Source: an uncultured Candidatus Saccharibacteria bacterium (GTDB lineage Bacteria; Patescibacteriota; Saccharimonadia; Saccharimonadales; Saccharimonadaceae). Taken from it: a stretch of 64,000 nucleotides of DNA. The stretch's first letter is position 1. Every line of letters begins with the position of its first letter. The notes under the pieces are model-generated. The model worked only from the letters and a program-made list of their open reading frames with translations, did no database searches and had not been told where the DNA came from. Shown here piece after piece: positions 59,615 to 64,000 of this stretch. The translations under genes and the position numbers were made by a program. The stretch is from NCBI GenBank assembly GCA_948868795.1, contig CAQRDK010000005.1, forward strand, positions 12,205 to 76,204, given 5' to 3'.

Positions 59615-59838
59615 GGCTATCAAAAATAATCCTCGACAAGTTTTTGTCTGGATGTGTTCATTGTAGCACGGATTTGAAGATTTGTCAAGTGGACGAAGTG
59701 TTGATTTTCTGATACGGGTGTAGATCACCGGTTTCTTTGTTGTAATTTTGACATGTTTGATAGAATTTATATTGTATTTGATAATCTTTAGTGTTATACT
59801 GGGGTTAGTTTTGAGGTATAAAAGAAAAAGGAGGATCC

Positions 59839-60381
59839 ATGAAAGTAAGGAGAGACGGGACGGTCGGGGACGTGACGGTATACCTTGACGATTTGATTAT
59901 CAATTTCCGGTCAGAGGCATCCAGGATCACGCCGCTCAAGTCAGCAGTGAAACGAGTTTTTAGCACGGCCGGAGGATTAGGATGGCGAGAGCTAAAAGTA
60001 ATCGAGGTTAATCTGGATCGTATAATTGAGCGATTTAAGCTATTAAGCGAGGAGGAGGATTTTAGCGATCACACTTTTGCGGCGTATCGTGCGAGGATTA
60101 ATCGGGCGTTCAAATGGTACGAGGAATTTCTGGAGAATAAAGAGTGGACGCCGTTCTTGTCAAAAGATACTTTCAAAGGAATATCAACAAACTTGTTTTA
60201 TTGCTACGGTACGGATTCGGAGGCTGAGAAGGCGAGGACGGATGCAATGACTACTTACCCGTTCCCTTTGATGCGAGGCGGTGAGGCACAGCTCAAGTTG
60301 CCCGTTCGCTTGTCGCGGCAAGATGCGGAACGGATTAAGTTGTTTGTGGATTCGCTGGCGGTGGAGGGTGAGGCGAAGTGA
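59839..60381 (+). CDS. Hypothetical protein, possibly DNA-binding
   Basis: AAGGAGG RBS; TFAAYRARINRA helix; short C-terminal beta-beta-alpha module. Confidence 0.6.
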   Translation: MKVRRDGTVGDVTVYLDDLIINFRSEASRITPLKSAVKRVFSTAGGLGWRELKVIEVNLDRIIERFKLLSEEEDFSDHTFAAYRARINRAFKWYEEFLENKEWTPFLSKDTFKGISTNLFYCYGTDSEAEKARTDAMTTYPFPLMRGGEAQLKLPVRLSRQDAERIKLFVDSLAVEGEAK

Positions 60382-60806
60382 AGAAACAAACAGCCAAACC
60401 AAAACACGGCATCCTAAAGGGAGACATCAATTTATTGAAGCCGAACGAAAAACGAGCAGTTGAGTTTTTGCTAGATCTCGGGATTGATGTAAAAATTATA
60501 CCGCCTAGCCGCGAACGCAAGACCCCGGATTTTTGGATTGAACATCAACGCAGAGAACTAAAAACTCCGGAAGGTAAATCCCCGCATAACATTGAACACG
60601 CATTCAAGAAAGCTGCGAAACAGGCGGAGCATATCATCTTCGATGCGCGAAAGTCACCAAAAACTGATGTAGTTTTCGTAAATGAGGTGGTCAAGGCGCT
60701 GCAAAGCTCTGCGACAGTCAAAGATGTCTGGATTATTTTGAAGTCTGGTGAGCTGAAAAAGATTTCACGGCGGGAGGCACGCAAGCTGGCAAGAAAGGAG
60801 GCTTGA
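60378..60806 (+). CDS. CdiA-C-like PD-(D/E)XK (tRNase-type) nuclease
   Basis: E...RKTPDF...ELKTP...AAKQA..IIFD; GTGA overlap. Confidence 0.7.
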   Translation: MKKQTAKPKHGILKGDINLLKPNEKRAVEFLLDLGIDVKIIPPSRERKTPDFWIEHQRRELKTPEGKSPHNIEHAFKKAAKQAEHIIFDARKSPKTDVVFVNEVVKALQSSATVKDVWIILKSGELKKISRREARKLARKEA

Positions 60807-60836
60807 CTTTTATCATTAGTTTGGTATACTGTAGGT

Positions 60837-60885
60837 ATTGAGGGTTCCCCGGTGTCGAAGCGCACCGGGACGTACCCTCTTTTTT
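60837..60885 (+). ncRNA. Candidate ~50-nt hairpin small RNA (or terminator)
   Basis: TTGACT-16 nt-(TG)TATACT at 60803-60830, then GAGGGT..CCCGGTG/CACCGGG..ACCCTC-T6. Confidence 0.45.
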
Positions 60886-60922
60886 GTGTTGAGCCGTGCC
60901 CACTGCAAGGTCTAGATATAGG

Positions 60923-63154
60923 CTATGCGCTAGGTTCAGTTTTTTCCCGTTGATTAGCCTCAAAGAGATAGATGAACTGTTGTGCAATGATATCACGGAA
61001 CACTTCAGAGCGTTCGTTGCCGACAATATTAGCCGATGCGTCGTTCTCGTCAAAACGGTCAAATCTTTCAACCTCATCAAGAGAGATGCCGTGATACCGT
61101 TTATACCTTTTGTTACGAATTAGCAAGTCGTATAAATATTCAGCATCGAACCGCTCTATGAACCAGTACTTATACGAGCTACTCCCAGGATCTAAAAAAT
61201 CCGACCTGAATTCCAATCCAGTCTTCATGTCAATCCACTCGTCTAAAAATTGCGTTATAAAATCCAGAGCTTGATCGGCCGTTTTGACTTTTTGGCGCAT
61301 ATAGGCATTGATCTTATCTGATGACTCAGAGAACTTTTGTAGATATGTGTATAGTTCACGTGCCGCCGAGTTGACCAGATTAGTTGGCAACTGGTCTGTC
61401 GTCATTTTGTTCTCTAGAATTTCAAGGATAAAACTCTTATATTTTATATAATCGCCTGATGATAAAATTTGTTTATCCTGTTGACCATGTTCGCATCTGG
61501 CGGCAACGAGGCGAATCGCATAAGCTAGGGTATTTAAATATCGAGCTTGTTGCGCTATGTTTTTATATATGTTAAGCGCACACGCTGAGCCGATCTTCTT
61601 GTCAAAAATAATCTCATCAACAACGCGCAGGGGGGCTTCAATTTGGGAGTGGTTCATTCCTTCATCGGTCGGTTTCACTGCTTTTTCAGCGGCTAACACA
61701 AGTTGCACGCAAAATTTGTCTGGGTTTTGAATCATGTCGCTGTTGTCGCGAATTTTCTCGATCACCTTACCATACGCATTTTTCTTGAACAATAGGTCAA
61801 TACTTTTCTGGTTAGTCTGCCTACAGAGTGTATCTACAATTTCGCGATCTGCAACGTCGCCGCTGCCGATAGCGTACGTAAAGTACCGGTTAAAATATGC
61901 CGCAGTACAAATCCGTTTTTGTTGACGGGCTTGCTTTTCGTCGTATGGTTGATAATATAAGGTTTGATTTCCGATCATGTTCGGGAATAGACAATGAATT
62001 AGAAGCAACTCATCACTGGAGAATAAATCGGCGAGGTGCTTCTGTCTACTTTCATTCTGATCTTGAGTGTAGTGAGCCGTATTAGCAGTTAATAGCGATC
62101 TGTTATTTTTAATCTTCTGATACAGCTCTGGAATAGTGATGCGAAGCAGCTCAATACGCACGGTATCAGATATACTGACTTCGCCCAGAAGGAGAGGGAT
62201 TGTAAATCGTAACACATTAAGACATCTGATGACCGTACGAGGAGTATTTAACTGCGGCATGATATAATAACAGAACGTACTAATTTCATTGAGCTCTGTT
62301 TTGGCGATTTCGATGCCGTTATCTTTTAAAATCTCCGTAATGCCTTCCTGTAGACGGTCGCGTAGCTCATTGTCATCAATAAGCGGTAATTCCAAAGGAA
62401 TTTGGACGATCTTATCTACATAGTCCCGACCCCCTTCTTTATGTGGCAGCGTTTCCGAAATTGCCGTACTCACGATTTCATCATCAAAGGCAAGAAAATA
62501 CGTTACGCCTTTAATGTTTGCGACAGACCGAATAAGCTTGAAAGTATCGAGCATCTCTTGCGGGCTCAATCTGTCGATGTCGTCGACCATAACGATAATT
62601 CTCTTATTATGCGTCTTTAGCTCCCGTTCAATCTCGCTTCGTATTTCCCTATAAGAATAGTGCATTGATGATAAACCAGCTAGAACTGCGCTTACCGCCT
62701 GTATGCCTACGTGATTAGCCTCCCTTGCCATTTCCGCGAGACCATCATGTGCTTTCGACGTGTATCTATATCGCCACGCCTTGCAGCAATTCGTGATTCT
62801 TTTTCTGGCGCATTTTATTTTACCGCTATTTTCATCTTTATTCTTATTTTTGATTTCTTGAGAGAGTCTATTTAAAATTTGGCACAGGAGACCAGCCGCT
62901 AGATCTTGACTCGTAGTATAGCCCCATGGCTCAAGGTCTAAAATAAGGATATTATCTTTTTCTAGGAGGCTACTTCTAACCATATTTAAGACCGACGTTT
63001 TACCGTAGCCCCATTTAGCATAAAGGGCTACAACATATGAACGGTTGCAATCAAGCTCTGTGAGTGCATCTGCGATTTTATCAGCATAACCAGCTCGACA
63101 ATATTTGTCCTCGCTTGAACTGGAAATTGGGCTATCAGAGTTATATCTAGTCAT
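60923..63154 (-). CDS. KAP-family P-loop NTPase
   Basis: SDSPI, AKWGYGKTS, VMVDDIDR, YVDKIVQ, TPR. Confidence 0.9.
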   Translation of the reverse strand: MTRYNSDSPISSSSEDKYCRAGYADKIADALTELDCNRSYVVALYAKWGYGKTSVLNMVRSSLLEKDNILILDLEPWGYTTSQDLAAGLLCQILNRLSQEIKNKNKDENSGKIKCARKRITNCCKAWRYRYTSKAHDGLAEMAREANHVGIQAVSAVLAGLSSMHYSYREIRSEIERELKTHNKRIIVMVDDIDRLSPQEMLDTFKLIRSVANIKGVTYFLAFDDEIVSTAISETLPHKEGGRDYVDKIVQIPLELPLIDDNELRDRLQEGITEILKDNGIEIAKTELNEISTFCYYIMPQLNTPRTVIRCLNVLRFTIPLLLGEVSISDTVRIELLRITIPELYQKIKNNRSLLTANTAHYTQDQNESRQKHLADLFSSDELLLIHCLFPNMIGNQTLYYQPYDEKQARQQKRICTAAYFNRYFTYAIGSGDVADREIVDTLCRQTNQKSIDLLFKKNAYGKVIEKIRDNSDMIQNPDKFCVQLVLAAEKAVKPTDEGMNHSQIEAPLRVVDEIIFDKKIGSACALNIYKNIAQQARYLNTLAYAIRLVAARCEHGQQDKQILSSGDYIKYKSFILEILENKMTTDQLPTNLVNSAARELYTYLQKFSESSDKINAYMRQKVKTADQALDFITQFLDEWIDMKTGLEFRSDFLDPGSSSYKYWFIERFDAEYLYDLLIRNKRYKRYHGISLDEVERFDRFDENDASANIVGNERSEVFRDIIAQQFIYLFEANQREKTEPSA

Positions 63155-63173
63155 AACATTATTATATCACACT

Positions 63174-63200
63174 TTAGCACTCATTAGTTAAAAGTGCTAG
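63174..63200. promoter_or_regulatory. CIRCE-like element in KAP NTPase promoter
   Basis: TTAGCACTC-N9-AAGTGCTAG (16/18 consensus). Confidence 0.75.
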
Positions 63201-63212
63201 AAGATATCGTGG

Positions 63213-63242
63213 CAAAACCTCCGGGGTGAGCCGGAGGTTTTG
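63213..63242 (-). terminator. Intrinsic terminator
   Basis: CAAAACCTCCGG...CCGGAGGTTTTG. Confidence 0.7.
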
Positions 63243-63304
63243 GCTGTTTAAGTTAGGCTGCGAAGCTTAACTTTTTTCGCTTGGAGAAAAATCCCGCGGG
63301 GAGA

Positions 63305-64000
63305 TTATTTCTCGCTAGAGCGGCGAGCGCTGCGGTAAGCAACGACACCAGCACCAAGGGCGGTCAAAGCGGTAGCAAGACCAGCGACGATGGAGACGGT
63401 GGTAGCAGCGTTACCATCAGCAGAGCTGAGGACACCAGTGCCTGGAGCGGATGGATCGGTGGTAGTATCATCGCCATCTTCGCCTGGAGTGGTTGGGTCG
63501 GTTGGAGTATCGACAACGACAAGGTCGGCACCAGCAGCAGCTTTGTAGGCAGCTTTCAGGTCTTCGATAAGCGTGTAGTTAGCTTCCAAATCGTCTGCAT
63601 CAGCTTGCGCGGCGTCAACTTTACCAATCAACGCGACGTAAGCGGCACCACGAGTAGTAGCGAGCTGAGCGGCAGCAAGCGCCTTGAGGGCGGTGATTGG
63701 AGCGGCGTCAGCAGCGGCGGTCTCGATGTCGCGAGCGTCAACTTTAACACCGGCCAAAGCGTTCTTCAAGTTAGTGATGCTGGTGTTGGAAGCAGCGAGG
63801 GCTTTTTCGGCACCGCTGACGGCGTTGACAAAAGTCTTTGCCTTGCCATAAGCAGCATCGGCACCAATCTTGGTTTTGATTTCGCCCAATGTAGCGGTCC
63901 AGTCGTCTTCGTCAATATCGGTGAAAGTATAACCGAGAGCTTCACCGGCAGAGATGATGGCCTGAGCTTTTTCCTTGTCGGAAGTAGCACCGTTGTCGGC
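63305..64000 (-). CDS. Ala-rich surface protein with sortase-like C-terminal anchor, 5' end outside window
   Basis: Frame open to window edge; APGTG motif, TM helix, basic tail. Confidence 0.7.
   Translation of the reverse strand, partial: ADNGATSDKEKAQAIISAGEALGYTFTDIDEDDWTATLGEIKTKIGADAAYGKAKTFVNAVSGAEKALAASNTSITNLKNALAGVKVDARDIETAAADAAPITALKALAAAQLATTRGAAYVALIGKVDAAQADADDLEANYTLIEDLKAAYKAAAGADLVVVDTPTDPTTPGEDGDDTTTDPSAPGTGVLSSADGNAATTVSIVAGLATALTALGAGVVAYRSARRSSEK

Noticed and set aside
1..64000. CRISPR array, rRNA or IS transposase
   Set aside because: No spaced direct repeats, rRNA-like sequence or transposase motifs found
1..64000. Alternative genetic code (UGA=Gly)
   Set aside because: TGA terminates conserved genes and forms ATGA overlaps; conserved proteins are uninterrupted under code 11

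Overview
Chromosomal segment of a small-genome bacterium, most likely Saccharibacteria (TM7, Patescibacteria). This is inferred from gene content (type IV pilin, ComEC, lamin-tail and FISUMP surface proteins, short TsaB) and pervasive leaderless starts; it uses the standard code 11. Housekeeping genes include tyrS, a class A PBP, hrcA-grpE, a split phosphoketolase, pgi, arcC, thyA, yebC, ftsH, rny, tsaB/tsaE, comEC and six tRNAs. A lower-GC island at tRNA-Pro(TGG) consists of an ~11 kb serine-recombinase element (27877-38855) followed by a ~2.3 kb decayed relative (38856-41136). Their boundaries are marked by an 8-bp tRNA 3'-end core that cuts through the recombinase reading frame, so integration swaps the recombinase C-terminus. 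Most notable: (1) two sequence-unrelated 5' leader RNAs with the same nested-stem, long-pseudoknot and competing-terminator architecture, upstream of a FISUMP protein and a GIY-YIG nuclease; (2) the att-split recombinase with tandem accretion; (3) a thyA-variant / nucleotidyltransferase-deaminase / HIT operon; (4) a CIRCE-controlled KAP NTPase beside a CdiA-type nuclease that is followed by a separately promoted ~50-nt hairpin RNA; (5) a cargo kinase ending in an SSB-like tail. All calls were made by eye from the sequence; no database searches were run.
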